The notes under the pieces: model-generated
Databases searched by the model: none
The model's input: only the letters and a program-made list of their open reading frames with translations
Told to the model about the DNA's origin: nothing
Shown here: positions 51,991 to 63,191 of the stretch, in pieces
Position numbering within the stretch: position 1 is the first letter of the stretch
Layout: every line of letters starts with the position of its first letter
Translations under genes and position numbers: made by a program
DNA from: an uncultured bacterium
Lineage (GTDB): Bacteria; Zhuqueibacterota; QNDG01; DTFT01
NCBI GenBank assembly: GCA_963736115.1
Contig: CAVTNR010000012.1
Span: forward strand, 160,001 to 224,000
DNA: 64,000 nucleotides
Reading direction: 5' to 3'

Positions 51991-52887
51991 TCACCCCGCA
52001 ATGAACAGCCCTGCCGTCAGAAGAGCCGGGGTCAGCAGGATGATCACAACGTTCAGCCCGAGCGCCGGAATCAGGGCCTCCGGATGCTCCGCGTTCCTCC
52101 GCGCCAGGCGGTATGCCTTCCAGGATAGCGGAACAGTCAGAATCATCAGGAGTGAAGCCGGGGGAAGCACTCGAAGCAGGACTGCGGCGGGAATGATCAG
52201 ATAAGGCAGAAGCAGGAAAACGCCGTATATCCCCGCGCTTCTTCTACGGCCGATGAGCACGGGGAAATGCCTCCGGCCCACCGAGCGGTCCGCCTCCACG
52301 TCCGGAAACTGGTTCAAGAGCAGGAGGTTGCTGACGAGGAAGAACGGAACCAGGGATGCGGTCAGGGACGCGGCCGTGACCGTGCCTGTCAGGGCGAAAT
52401 GACTTCCCGTCACCATCAGAACGCCGAAACCCAGGCCCGGCGCCGCGAGGCAGAGCACGGGATGCTTCACCCACCAGACCGTATAAGTGACCGCGATGAA
52501 GAGACCGGAAAGCCCGATCGGCAGAAGCAGCCATCCCCGCATCCGAATGAAGTAGAGACCGATGGCCGCTGTGATCATGAAGGACAGAATCCCCAGCACC
52601 AGGGCGGTCGCCTTTTTATTCGGATCCGCCTGGAGCGTGCCGCTTCCCCCGCTGAACGGCGTGCGCCGGGTTTTCGCGTCCAGGCCGCTGCGGAAATCGA
52701 AGTATTCGTTGAACACATTGACGCAGGCGTGGGCGGACACCGCTCCGAGCATCACCAGCAGAACAGACGGGAAATTCCATTCACCGGTCTGGTGATAGGC
52801 CGTGGCCGCGCCCACAGCCGCGCACACCGGAGCCAGGACCAGGAAAGGGGCGCGGATGAGGCCGAACACCTGCTTGAAAAAAACCAT
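51991..52887 (-). CDS. UbiA-family prenyltransferase (MenA-like)
   Basis: NVFNEYFDFRSGLD, PFSGGSG, NQFPDVEAD...GRR. Confidence 0.85.
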   Translation of the reverse strand: MVFFKQVFGLIRAPFLVLAPVCAAVGAATAYHQTGEWNFPSVLLVMLGAVSAHACVNVFNEYFDFRSGLDAKTRRTPFSGGSGTLQADPNKKATALVLGILSFMITAAIGLYFIRMRGWLLLPIGLSGLFIAVTYTVWWVKHPVLCLAAPGLGFGVLMVTGSHFALTGTVTAASLTASLVPFFLVSNLLLLNQFPDVEADRSVGRRHFPVLIGRRRSAGIYGVFLLLPYLIIPAAVLLRVLPPASLLMILTVPLSWKAYRLARRNAEHPEALIPALGLNVVIILLTPALLTAGLFIAG

Positions 52888-52918
52888 GCGGGATGTCCTC
52901 AAACATCAGGAATACAAA

Positions 52919-52947
52919 AAAGTAGGAACAAAATGGGGGATTGTCAA
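52919..52947 (-). promoter_or_regulatory. sigma70 promoter of the prenyltransferase gene
   Basis: TTGACA-N17-TACTTT. Confidence 0.6.
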
Positions 52948-52977
52948 CAGGAATTCGCCGCGTACGGGATCATTTTT

Positions 52978-53102
52978 CATTGCGAGCCCCGTCCGTCCCC
53001 GGATCAAGTCAGGGGCAAGCTGTTCAGGACGGGGCGCGGCAATCTCAACATCAAACGGCAGGAATAGTTGATGGCGCCAGGGTTCAACCCTGGCGCCATC
53101 AA
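52978..53102. repeat. Cluster of REP-like palindromes
   Basis: Nested GCCCCGTCC...GGACGGGGC around CCCCGGATCAAGTCAGGGG; perfect TTGATGGCGCCAGGGTT-C-AACCCTGGCGCCATCAA at 53068-53102. Confidence 0.65.
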
Positions 53103-53229
53103 GGGAAATTGGTGAATCCGACCTATGCCGGACACTCAAGATCGGCAATCATCAATCTTCAATCGTCCACAAAAAAACCCCGGACCGACCGGACCGGGGC
53201 GAGAAATGCCGTCACATCTCGGAAAAAAA

Positions 53230-55227
53230 TCAGGCTTTGTCCATCTCCGTACGCACGGTCTGCAGCAGATCCACAAGCGTGAAGGGTTTCTGCATAAAGC
53301 GGAATCCCTTCCGACGGATGATTTTCCACTGCGACTTCGTGTCCGTGTATCCGCTGGTCAGGACGACTTTCATCGAGGGCCGCTTTCCCAGAACATTCTC
53401 GATGAGTGTGATGCCGCTGCCGTCCGGAAGCACGACATCGGTGAACACCATGTCGAACGCGGCGCCTTCGTCCCGGAAAGCCGCGAGGCCCTCCTCGAGC
53501 GTCGACACCGCGCGCACCTGATATCCGTATTTTTCAAGCGCGCGCGTGCTGAATTCGCGAACCATCCGCTCGTCTTCGACGACCAGAATGCGTTCCCCCC
53601 GGCCCCTGAAATCCCCGGCCGCGACGATCGGCGCCGCAGGCTCTTCGACCGCGGCCGATGCCGCGGGAAGGTAGATCTTGAACTCGGATCCCTGGGCCGG
53701 TTCCGAGTAGACGCTGATCCACCCGCTGTGCATCTTCACGATGCCGTAGACCACGGACAGCCCCAGGCCGGTTCCCTTGCCGGGGCCCTTGGTGCTGTAA
53801 AACGGCTCGAAAATGCGCTCCCGGACTTCGCGGCTCATGCCGGACCCCGTATCCGAAATTGAGAGTCGGACGAACCGGCCCGGCCGGGCCTCGGGCACCA
53901 TGCGGCAGTAGAAATCGTCCAGTTCGACGTTCTCCGTGCGGATCGTGAGCTTGCCTCCCTTGGGCATCGCGTCCCGGCCGTTCACGGACAGGTTGACGAT
54001 GACCTGTTCCAGGGTGCCGCGGTCGGCCAGCACGTTCCACAGGTCCGGGTTTGTATGCGTGACGATTTCGATGTCCTCACTTATGAGCCGGTGCAGCATC
54101 TTCAGGAGGTCTTCCACTGTCCGGTTGACCTGCAGGGGCGCCATGTGGGTGAGGTGCCTCCGGCTGAACAGCAGGAGCTGACGCGTCAGCTCCGCGGCAC
54201 GCTGGGACGCGGCCTGGACCTCCTGCAGATCCCGGAGCGCCTCATGGTCTTCCGGAATCTTCATCAGGGCGAGATCCATGCACCCCTGAATCGCCGTCAG
54301 CAGATTGTTGAAATCATGCGCCACGCCGCCGGCCAGCGTTCCGATCGCCTCCATCTTCTGGGACTGGTAGAGCTGGGTCTGAATTTTGGCCTTCTCGGCC
54401 TCGGCCCGCTTCTGCTCCGTGACGTCGAGCCTCACTTCCACCGCGCCGATGATTTCGCCGTCGTCGCCCCGCACCGGATACGCCCGGCCGGCCCAGACCC
54501 TGCCGTCCGGCGCCGTGTGCTCCGTCCTCTGGGGGAACCCCGTTTCCAGAATGTCGGGGATCGGACAGTCGGCGCAGGGCCGGTCGGATCCGCTCCAGAG
54601 CTCGTGACAGCGCCGGCCTTCAAGCTGGCCGGGCGCGGCGCCGAAGGTCTGCTCGGCCAGCGGGTTCGCCCAGATGATGCGGCGGTCGAGACTCTGATAG
54701 GTGACGCTCTCGAGCACACTGCCGAGAATCAGGCCCTTCTCGCGTTCCGATTCGCGGAGCGCCCGCTCGCTTTTTCGGAGCGCCTCCTCGGCCACGGTCT
54801 GCTCGGTAACGTTCTGCGAGACGATGATGGCGCCCTTGGGAAAAGGCGAGATCGTCACCCGGATGTATTTCGACTTGTACCTGAGGGCCGGAAAGGTCTT
54901 GGAGGCGTTCCGTTCCATGCAGGCCATGAGTTCGGCGTGCATGTCGGTTTCGTGGTGGGCGGCATAGTCGACGTACATGAGGTCGCCCCGGTCCGGAAGC
55001 CGGCCCTCGGACGCCTTCTTGGCGAGGTTGAAGTCCGAGACGCGGCCCTGCCGGTCGACGATGATGGTTTCAAGCGGATGATAATGGAACAGTTCGAGAT
55101 CGAGCGAAGGATCGGCGGAGAGGATCCGGCCGTCGCGCGCTCCCGGCGAATGATCGTGCTGCGGAGAGACTCGGGAGCGCGCGCCGTCTCCCGCCGGCGC
55201 GGTTTCCCCTGGGGGTGGCAATTCCAT
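53230..55227 (-). CDS. PAS-domain hybrid histidine kinase/response regulator
   Basis: QSQKMEAIGTLAGGVAHDFNNLL; GKGTGLGL; C-terminal REC ILVVEDE...TDVVLP...KPF. Confidence 0.92.
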   Translation of the reverse strand: MELPPPGETAPAGDGARSRVSPQHDHSPGARDGRILSADPSLDLELFHYHPLETIIVDRQGRVSDFNLAKKASEGRLPDRGDLMYVDYAAHHETDMHAELMACMERNASKTFPALRYKSKYIRVTISPFPKGAIIVSQNVTEQTVAEEALRKSERALRESEREKGLILGSVLESVTYQSLDRRIIWANPLAEQTFGAAPGQLEGRRCHELWSGSDRPCADCPIPDILETGFPQRTEHTAPDGRVWAGRAYPVRGDDGEIIGAVEVRLDVTEQKRAEAEKAKIQTQLYQSQKMEAIGTLAGGVAHDFNNLLTAIQGCMDLALMKIPEDHEALRDLQEVQAASQRAAELTRQLLLFSRRHLTHMAPLQVNRTVEDLLKMLHRLISEDIEIVTHTNPDLWNVLADRGTLEQVIVNLSVNGRDAMPKGGKLTIRTENVELDDFYCRMVPEARPGRFVRLSISDTGSGMSREVRERIFEPFYSTKGPGKGTGLGLSVVYGIVKMHSGWISVYSEPAQGSEFKIYLPAASAAVEEPAAPIVAAGDFRGRGERILVVEDERMVREFSTRALEKYGYQVRAVSTLEEGLAAFRDEGAAFDMVFTDVVLPDGSGITLIENVLGKRPSMKVVLTSGYTDTKSQWKIIRRKGFRFMQKPFTLVDLLQTVRTEMDKA

Positions 55228-55394
55228 GGTTTCGTGGGTTCCTCATTGATGCTGCCCGGTGTTGCCGAAAGCGCGGCTGATTCTCGGAATCGGATACAGA
55301 AATCCAAGTTCAGGAAAAACCGCTGGAAATGCAAGCCCTTTGAGAAATGTGACGAAAATTTAACATCCGGCGCGCGCGGTTCCGCGCGCGCCGC

Positions 55395-55784
55395 TCAATT
55401 CCCTCCCGCCTGCAGCTGAGCTTTGCGGAATTCCAGCCCCCGTTCGATCAGGTCACGCATCTGATCGACCTTCAGGGGCTTCGTGACATAGGTGTAGGCC
55501 TCCTCCTCGATGGTCTCCGTGATGGCGTCGGCCGAGGGGAAACCCGTCACCATGATGATGACGGCGTGCGGGTCCTTTTCCTTGACCTTGTGAAGGAACG
55601 TGACGCCGTCCATTTCCGGCATCTTGACGTCCACCACGAACAGATCGATCGGCTGCCGCTGGAACTTCTGCCACGCCACTTCCCCGTTTTCCGCCTCGAC
55701 GGGTGTGTGGCCGAGATCCTCCACGATACGCCGGATGAACCGGCGGACCATGTCTACGTCATCCGCGATCATGATAGTGGCCAA
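55395..55784 (-). CDS. Single-domain response regulator
   Basis: IMIADD...VDVKMPEMDG...TKP. Confidence 0.9.
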   Translation of the reverse strand: MATIMIADDVDMVRRFIRRIVEDLGHTPVEAENGEVAWQKFQRQPIDLFVVDVKMPEMDGVTFLHKVKEKDPHAVIIMVTGFPSADAITETIEEEAYTYVTKPLKVDQMRDLIERGLEFRKAQLQAGGN

Positions 55785-55850
55785 GACAACCTCCCTTCAA
55801 GTATGACGGCGCCGCCGCCGCGTCCGTCCGAACCGGCCGGCCGCGGTCTC

Positions 55851-57725
55851 CTAGAATTGGTCCGGCGCGATCCTGGGTCCGTGTTTCGCCTTCGCCTCTT
55901 CGAGGCGCCGGATTTCGTCCCGGATCACATCGAACAGCTCCGGAGGCGCGTTCCGGACTTCGGTCCGGTAGATTTTTTCAATGCGTTCCATCTTCGCGAG
56001 AAATTGGTCGACGCGGATGGTGAACTGTTCGGTGTAGGCTTCGCGCGAATAGGTCCTGCCCTGGAGCGTCCGGAACAGCGCCTCCAGGTCCCCGTATTCC
56101 GGTATGTATCCAACCGGCGTCCGGATGGCGCCGGCCTCCCCATGCGTCCGTCGCTCCATCCATTTCAGCCACACGGCCTTGTCGGTCTTCTCGTTCAGCC
56201 AGCGGCCGTCGGCACCGCGCAGAAAATAATTCACGCCGAATACCGGCGGCGTCCGGCGCAGGCTCCGCCCCATGTCCAGGTTGTTCCGGATATAGCGCCC
56301 GAGCGGAACGGACACGAAATCAAGGTTCGACATCGGGTCGAAATTCACCACGCCTTCCTTCGAGAGCGTGGCGGCCGTGGTCTCCGATTCGAGCGAGGCC
56401 GCGATGGTGACGATGCCGTGGACCCAATCGAACGCCTGCCGCACCGGCACCCAGGCCGAGGAGTCCCGCGCCCCGTAGATGACGCCCCCCACCTCAACGC
56501 CCTCGGGATTGTCGAGATTGGGATCGACATTCTCCAGGCCGCTCAGGCTCAGGGTGAACCGGCCGTTCTTATGGGAGGGGTCGATTTCCCGGCCCTTGGA
56601 GTCCTTCTTCCCGGGGGTCCATTCGCCGGAATGGTTGACGCCCTTCGGGGGCACGGGGCCGTCCTTGCCGATCCAGTACACGGTTCCCTCGGGGGTCACC
56701 AGAACATTGGAAAAGATGATTTCATTCGGCGCGTGCAGGGTTTTCCACAAAATGGGATCGTCCTTCGAATTCACGCCCATAATGATACCGAACATGCCCT
56801 TCTCGACGTTGACCGCGCGGAGTTCGCCGCCGATGTTCCGGAGGTAGGCGATGTCGTCGCCGACGATGGACTCCCCGTTCATCATCGAAGTCGAGGTCTT
56901 GCCGCACAGGGAGGGGAAGGCGCCGGTGAAGTAGGTCTTTCGGCCGGCGGGGCCGTGCACGCCCATTACGAACATGTGCTCGCAAAGCCAGCCCTCGGAC
57001 GAAGCAAGGTGGATGGCCAGGCGCATCGAGAGCTTTTTCAGGCCCAGCGTATTCCCGCCGTACTGGGTGTTCGCGCTGTACACGGTCTGACCCGTGGTGT
57101 CCACGTAGACGCGCCTCAGCGGAATGTTTTTACTGACGCCGTTCTCAAGCTCGCCCTGGCTGTGCAGCACCTTGAAGAACCGGGCTTTCGAGCCCTGCCG
57201 CCTGAATTCCTCGTATCCCTGCCGGTACAGCAGGTCGAGGTTGTGGGCCACGTAAGTCGAATCGGTCACCTGACAGGCCAGAACCGTGAAAGCCGAACGC
57301 ACGGGGCCCAGGCAGAAAAACCGGACCCACATCTCGCGGCCTTTCATCGAGCCCTTCAGAATGCCGCGGACCTCCTCAGTTCCCTTGAGCCGCTCCAGGG
57401 TGTTGAAATGCGGACCCAGATCCTCCCCCTCCGGAATCAGGATCCGCGTATTCTCCTTGTCCCTGGCCTGGTCGAGCATGCTGTCGAAATGATAGGTATG
57501 ACCCGGAACCGGAAGCGCGAATTCCTCGCCGTCCGACAGCGCCCGTTCCCGGATGGTTTTCAGATCTTCCGCGGAATCCGTGACCACAAAAACCGATTCC
57601 GGATCCAGGAGTTCCACGGCATCGGCCACGAATGCATACAGTTCGTCGTTGCCGATCGCGGACAGACGTTCGAAGTGTGCGGGTGCGACGCGTTTTTTCA
57701 GGATTTCTTCAGCGGAAAGCGACAT
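55851..57725 (-). CDS. pckG: Phosphoenolpyruvate carboxykinase (GTP)
   Basis: YGGN, WLCEHM, FPSLCGKTS, VGDDIAY, NGRFT, VNYF. Confidence 0.93.
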   Translation of the reverse strand: MSLSAEEILKKRVAPAHFERLSAIGNDELYAFVADAVELLDPESVFVVTDSAEDLKTIRERALSDGEEFALPVPGHTYHFDSMLDQARDKENTRILIPEGEDLGPHFNTLERLKGTEEVRGILKGSMKGREMWVRFFCLGPVRSAFTVLACQVTDSTYVAHNLDLLYRQGYEEFRRQGSKARFFKVLHSQGELENGVSKNIPLRRVYVDTTGQTVYSANTQYGGNTLGLKKLSMRLAIHLASSEGWLCEHMFVMGVHGPAGRKTYFTGAFPSLCGKTSTSMMNGESIVGDDIAYLRNIGGELRAVNVEKGMFGIIMGVNSKDDPILWKTLHAPNEIIFSNVLVTPEGTVYWIGKDGPVPPKGVNHSGEWTPGKKDSKGREIDPSHKNGRFTLSLSGLENVDPNLDNPEGVEVGGVIYGARDSSAWVPVRQAFDWVHGIVTIAASLESETTAATLSKEGVVNFDPMSNLDFVSVPLGRYIRNNLDMGRSLRRTPPVFGVNYFLRGADGRWLNEKTDKAVWLKWMERRTHGEAGAIRTPVGYIPEYGDLEALFRTLQGRTYSREAYTEQFTIRVDQFLAKMERIEKIYRTEVRNAPPELFDVIRDEIRRLEEAKAKHGPRIAPDQF

Positions 57726-57830
57726 GCATGTCTCCGTTGTGGGGGTGATGATTTTTTCTACCGCACGCCCCCAATCGAGTCATACGACAGAATGGAAATA
57801 TTTCCGGAAGTGAATATGAATCCTTCCAAC

Positions 57831-57859
57831 AATTTAACACCCGTAATATTCAATGTCAA
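57831..57859 (-). promoter_or_regulatory. sigma70 promoter of pckG
   Basis: TTGACA-N17-TAAATT. Confidence 0.65.
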
Positions 57860-57883
57860 CCGATAATTACCGGGCGTTCCGGC

Positions 57884-59155
57884 TCAGGCGTACAATCCCC
57901 GCATTTCCGAGGCCTTGACCACCCGCGTGATACCCACGATGAAAGCGGCCGTCCGCAAGGCCACTTTATACTGTCTGGCCGTGGCCATCACGTCATTGAA
58001 AGCGTGCACCATGATCCTTTCGAGGTCCTTGTTCACCTGTTCCTCGGTCCAGTAATAGCCGGTCCGGTTCTGGACCCATTCCAGGTAGGAGACCGTGACG
58101 CCTCCCGCATTGGCGAGAACATCCGGAATGATATGCACGCCCTTGGCCCGGAGAATCAAATCCGCCTCCGGCGTGGTGGGACCGTTGGCCCCCTCGGCGA
58201 TGATGCGGGCCCGGATGCGGCCGGCGTTCTCCTCAGTGATCTGCCCTTCGAGCGCCGCCGGGATGAGAATGTCGCAGTCAACTTCCAGGAGTTTCATCGG
58301 ATCGTCCAGCCGGCGGACCTTGCAGAATTTTTCTAGATTTTTCAGGGTCTTGCACGATCCGGACCGTATGCATTCCAGGGCTTTGTCGACGGGAATGCCG
58401 TCTTGATTCTCATAGGCTCCGTCCACGTCGGAAATGGCGACGATTTTCGCGCCCATGGATTCGAGTATCCGCGCGGCATGGGAGCCCACGTTCCCGAATC
58501 CCTGGATGGCAATACGGGCGCCCTTCAGCTCCATCCGGACATGTTCGTGCTGCACCATCTCTCGGACGCAGATCGCGACACCCAGAGAAGTGGAGCAGCT
58601 CCGGCCCTGTGATCCGTACAGTTCCAGGGGCTTTCCGGTGATCACGTCCGGGACGAACTGCTTGTAATGCATGGAATACGTGTCCATCATCCAGCCCATG
58701 ATCTGGGGGTTGGTGTTGACGTCCGGGGCGGGCACGTCCTGGTTCGGGCCGAAAAGATCGGCCAATTCGGCGAAATAGCGCCGCGCCAGACGCTCCAGTT
58801 CGTTCACGCTGAGCTTGGAGGGGTCGACCACGACTCCGCCCTTGCCGCCGCCGAAGGGCACGTTGACCACCGCGCACTTGTAGGTCATCCAGAAGGCCAG
58901 CGCCTTGATCTCGTCGGGATTCACATCCGGATGGAAGCGGATGCCGCCCTTGGCGGGGCCGCGCACCGTGCTGTGCTGGCACCGGTATCCCTTGAAGATC
59001 CGGATGGAGCCGTCGTCCATGCGCACGGGCAGGTTGACTTCGGTCATGCGCCGGGGCTCCCGGATCATGGCGACCTGGTTGTCCGTCAGGTTGAGGATTT
59101 TCGCGGCTTCGTCGAACTGCCTCATGGCGATGGAAAACGCGTTCATGTTCATCAT
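57884..59155 (-). CDS. gdhA: Glutamate dehydrogenase (Glu/Leu/Phe/Val family)
   Basis: GPAKGGIRFHP, PFGGGKGG, DVPAPD, IQGFGNVG, EGANGP, NAGGVTVSY. Confidence 0.92.
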   Translation of the reverse strand: MMNMNAFSIAMRQFDEAAKILNLTDNQVAMIREPRRMTEVNLPVRMDDGSIRIFKGYRCQHSTVRGPAKGGIRFHPDVNPDEIKALAFWMTYKCAVVNVPFGGGKGGVVVDPSKLSVNELERLARRYFAELADLFGPNQDVPAPDVNTNPQIMGWMMDTYSMHYKQFVPDVITGKPLELYGSQGRSCSTSLGVAICVREMVQHEHVRMELKGARIAIQGFGNVGSHAARILESMGAKIVAISDVDGAYENQDGIPVDKALECIRSGSCKTLKNLEKFCKVRRLDDPMKLLEVDCDILIPAALEGQITEENAGRIRARIIAEGANGPTTPEADLILRAKGVHIIPDVLANAGGVTVSYLEWVQNRTGYYWTEEQVNKDLERIMVHAFNDVMATARQYKVALRTAAFIVGITRVVKASEMRGLYA

Positions 59156-59273
59156 CTGCGCTCCTTTGCTGGCGCCGGCGTTCCCTCGCGCATCCACGCC
59201 GGACCGGCCGTCACGAAGGACGGACCTTCAATTCCGAGCCCGCGTCGAAGCGAGACTGGACGTCCCTCGCCGG

Positions 59274-59438
59274 TTAGGTGGTTTCGGCCTCGTCGATCAG
59301 CATGATGGGAATGTCGTCTTCGATCCGGTAGCTGAGCCGGCAGGCCGGGCATTCCAGCCGGGCCTTTTCCGGTTCGTATTTCAGATCGCCCTTGCACTTG
59401 GGACAGGCAAGTATGTCAAGGAGTTCGGGTTTGAGCAT
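59274..59438 (-). CDS. Trm112/YcaR-family small Zn-ribbon protein (54 aa)
   Basis: Below the ORF-track cutoff; [54 protein letters not shown]. Confidence 0.9.
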   Translation of the reverse strand: MLKPELLDILACPKCKGDLKYEPEKARLECPACRLSYRIEDDIPIMLIDEAETT

Positions 59439-59913
59439 GGGTCTCACTTTCTGTCGGTTGCTTCCGCGGTTTTGTCAGCAGGTTCACCACGCCGGGTTCC
59501 GCGCGGACGGGTTTTCCCGACGGGTTCGTGAAACAGTGCAGGGTCCGGCCGCGGGCCAGAATCCGGCCCGTTTCCGCCTCAGCCGCCTCGTAGAGCAGTT
59601 CGACGATGAGCCGGCTCACTTCGCCGATATCGGTCCGGATTTCCACCACATCGTCGTACCGCGCCGGCGCCAGGTACAGGCAAGAGACTTCCCGAACGGG
59701 CAGAAGGAAACCGCTCTCCTCCAGCGCCCGGTACGAGAGACCCATGCCGCGGAGCATTTCCGTGCGCGCCGCCTCGAACCACTCGATGTACCGGCTGTGG
59801 TAGGCCACGCCCATGCGGTCCACTTCGGCGTAGCGGACGCGCGTCCGGTAAACCGCCGAGGCCGCGACCGCGGGCTCCGGACTACCGGGGGCCGGGTTCG
59901 GATCCTTTTTCAT
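59416..59913 (-). CDS. Acyl-CoA thioesterase (YbgC/4HBT family)
   Basis: [26 protein letters not shown]...PARYDD. Confidence 0.9.
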   Translation of the reverse strand: MKKDPNPAPGSPEPAVAASAVYRTRVRYAEVDRMGVAYHSRYIEWFEAARTEMLRGMGLSYRALEESGFLLPVREVSCLYLAPARYDDVVEIRTDIGEVSRLIVELLYEAAEAETGRILARGRTLHCFTNPSGKPVRAEPGVVNLLTKPRKQPTESETHAQTRTP

Positions 59914-60869
59914 GCCTGCTTGTAGAATCCCATCCGGCCGTATTTTTCGAGCCGCAGGCGCATCAAATCATCAGGTTTCACCCGCGACAGATCATCGAGG
60001 TTCTTCAGAACGGCCGTTTTCAGCGAAGCCGCGGCCGCGTCCGGATCGCGGTGCGCGCCGCCGAGGGGCTCCCGTACGATTTCATCAATGACACCGAGTT
60101 CCAGAAGATCCGGCGCCGAAGGTTTCAGTATTTCCGCCGCCTGATTGGCCTTGGCCGCATCCTTCCACAGGATTGCCGCGCAGCCCTCCGGTGAAATCAC
60201 CGAGTACCAGGCGTTCTCCATCATGAGAATGCGGTCCCCCATTCCGATGCCGAGCGCGCCGCCCGAGGCGCCCTCGCCGATGATGGCCACCACGATGGGA
60301 ACAGGCAGGCGGGACATCTCGAACAGGTTCCGTGCGATGGCCTCGCCCTGGCCCCGCTCCTCGGCCCCGAGGCCGGGATACGCGCCCGGCGTATCAACGA
60401 GCACGACGACCGGGCGGCCGTACTTGGCCGCGAGTTTCATGAGCCGGATCGCCTTGCGGTATCCCTCGGGGTTCATCATCCCGAAGTTCCGGTGAATTTT
60501 TTCCTTCGTCGTCCGGCCCTTCTGCTGCCCCATGACCATGACGGGCCGGCCCTCCAGAAAAGCCGGGCCCGCGACCAGGGCCGAATCGTCCCCGAACAGC
60601 CTATCCCCGTGCAGTTCAGTGAACTCGGTGAACAGTCGTTCGATGTAATCGAGCGTGTAGGGCCGCTCCGGATGCCGCGAAAGAAGCACGCGCTGCCAGC
60701 GGGTGAGCCTGGAATAGGTGTCTTCCATCAGCCTCTGGAGTTTCGTTTCCAGACGCTTGATTTCGTCCGTGAGCTCGACATGCTGTTCCGCGGAATAGGC
60801 GCGCATATCCGCGATTTTCTTTTCCAGCGCGAGAATGGGTTTCTCAAAATCCAGGACGAATGAAGCCAT
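59910..60869 (-). CDS. accA: Acetyl-CoA carboxylase carboxyltransferase subunit alpha
   Basis: [40 protein letters not shown]. Confidence 0.96.
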   Translation of the reverse strand: MASFVLDFEKPILALEKKIADMRAYSAEQHVELTDEIKRLETKLQRLMEDTYSRLTRWQRVLLSRHPERPYTLDYIERLFTEFTELHGDRLFGDDSALVAGPAFLEGRPVMVMGQQKGRTTKEKIHRNFGMMNPEGYRKAIRLMKLAAKYGRPVVVLVDTPGAYPGLGAEERGQGEAIARNLFEMSRLPVPIVVAIIGEGASGGALGIGMGDRILMMENAWYSVISPEGCAAILWKDAAKANQAAEILKPSAPDLLELGVIDEIVREPLGGAHRDPDAAAASLKTAVLKNLDDLSRVKPDDLMRLRLEKYGRMGFYKQA

Positions 60870-61100
60870 TCGTTTTCATACCTCTTGAAAAGACAAGGGG
60901 TTGAAGGACTCCGCCGTCCCGCTGTGCGGGACCAAGCTATTATATGCCTTCTGATTGAAGGCACACGGCGTGGGTTTACAGTAAAACTGGATGATGGGCG
61001 CCGCGTCCTGCGGCGATTTGACTCACGGAGCGGCCAGAAGCCCAATTTCCGATCATCCAGTAAATCATGGACCAGAAGGACCAGGCTTCTGGCCGCCCGA

Positions 61101-63187
61101 TTAAAGGCGAAAAACCGCCTTGAAAAGGATTTCTATATCCAAAAGATAAGAATAATTTCTGAGATAGTAAAGCCTTACCCGTTCTTTTTCCTCCCCGGAC
61201 ATACCTTTGCGTTCCCGTATCTGGACCAGTCCGGTCATGCCGGGCTTGAATCCGACCGGGTCCGGTTTTCCCTCCCAGGGCCGCATTTCCGACCCCACCA
61301 GGCTGATCCGTCCAGCCAGCAGATCGACGAACAAAGGCGACAGACCGGTCCAGCCGCCGGCTGGCACATCCCCCCGGAAAGCCCTCAAAACCCGGACCGG
61401 ATCGGCCGAGTCGCCGGCCACCGGGATGCGCCGCAAATGGATCCGCCTCCGCAGAAGAACGGATGCCAGGGATGCAAGCCAGGCCGGCGCCAGGAGAACC
61501 GCGGCGGAAATGTCCGTCAGCCGTTTGGCGATGCGGTTGTGTATCCTGTAGATCCGGTCATCCAGGTCCATCAGGGGCACATCCTCGATGGGATCGATGG
61601 ACGAGCTTCCGATGATCAGGTCGAGTCCGTGGGGCACCATCTTGAAGTCGAGCTGAGACCCGCGGCCTCCCGCGATGGCGGCCACGACCCGGTGGGTGTC
61701 TATCGATTCCGGGGAAAAGATGACCGTCTGGATCCGGTTGGACCGGGCGATGCGCCCCAGGTCCGCGAGCACGCCCAGCCTGGGCGGGCCGTTTCCGTCC
61801 GGCCGGTTCAGATCCTCCTCGGTAGTGGCGATCAGTCCGACCATTTCATAGCCCGCCTCGATTCTCCGCCTCAGGCGGTCGAACAGGGTCTCCGCGTCCG
61901 GACCCGTTCCCACCACCGCGGCCCGCCTCCGAAGCAAGGTCCGGCCGATGTTTCCCAGAAACGGAAGACGCGTGAATTGCGGCAGAAAACGGATGCCCAG
62001 CCTCCAGCCGGCCAGCAGGACCCACGCGAAGACGCCGGTCAGGACGACGACTTTCCGGGAGAATGCGTACTGGGGCAGAAAAAGGTCAGGGACGCGTTCA
62101 GCACCAGGCCGAGCAGGACCCCGGCCGATGCCTTGGCCGAGCTGAACAGGCCTTTCCGGTAGGCTCCGACCGTGTACAGGCAGATGAGCCAGACCGAGGT
62201 GTACAACAGGTCGACCACCCGGTACGAAGCCCAGTGCCGGAGTGTGCCGAAACGGACCCAGTGGGCCGCCGCCAGGCCGGCCTGGATCAGTGCCGTGTCC
62301 ACCGCGGCCGGGGCCAGCCGGCCGGCCAGCCGGGCCAGAAAATTCAGGCCGGAACGGAACCAGATGCCCAGCCGCAGCAGCCACATGGGCAGAAAGGACC
62401 AGCCGGTCCGGAAATGCTTGCGGACGAAGAGATGCATCGCATCGTCAAAAACGCGGATGGTGTCGAAAGAGGCCTCGTGCGCGCTCCGCCCCTTGTAATG
62501 CACGATACGGGCTTCTGGGTTATAGATGATTTTCCACCCGGCCTTGCGGATCCGGTAGCACCAGTCGAGGTCTTCCCCGTACATGAAGAAATCCTCGTCC
62601 AGGAACCCGACCGAATCGAGCACTTCCTTCCGGACGAACATGAAGGACCCGGACACCGCCTCCACTTCGGATGCCGCCTCGGGATCGAGGTAGGTCAGGT
62701 TGTACCGGCCGAACCACCGGGACCGGGGGAACAGGGCCGCAAGGCCGGACACCTTGGTGAACGCCACCCAGGGCGTCGGGAAACTCCTCCGGCACGCGGG
62801 CTGAAGGGTTCCGTCCGGATTCAGCACCTTGCACCCGATCATGCCGGCATCGGGCCTGGCATCGAGGGCGCGGAGGCACACCCGGAACGTGTCCTCGCCT
62901 GCGATCGTGTCCGGATTGATCAGGCAGACCGCGCGGCCCGCGGCCAGACGCAGCGCCTGGTTGTTGGCCCTCGCGAACCCCGCGTTTGCGTCGTTGACGA
63001 TCAGGCGGACGTCCGGGAACAGACCGCGGACCATGGCCGCGCTGCCGTCTCCGGACGCGTTGTCTACGACGAAAATTTCCGAGGGAATGCCGTCCAGTGC
63101 CCTTCGGACCGAGCGCAGCGCCTGTTCGAGGTAGGGCTTGACGTTGTAGCTGACGATGACGACCGAAATGTCGGGGCCGGATTCCAT
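61101..63187 (-). CDS. GT2 glycosyltransferase fused to TM, CoA-binding-like and sugar-transferase-like domains; frameshift in the T-run near 62081
   Basis: ISVVIVSYN, NAGFARANN, INPD, FMYGEDLD; one added T gives LTFFLPQYAFSR; KRLTD...SLVG...KPGMTGL...DIEIL. Confidence 0.82.
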
Positions 63188-63191
63188 GGCG

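Noticed and set aside
42615-57866. Long opposite-strand ORFs (42615..44834, 48432..50042, 55566..57866; also 3095..4756)
   Set aside because: GC-rich antisense shadows of well-supported genes; no motifs
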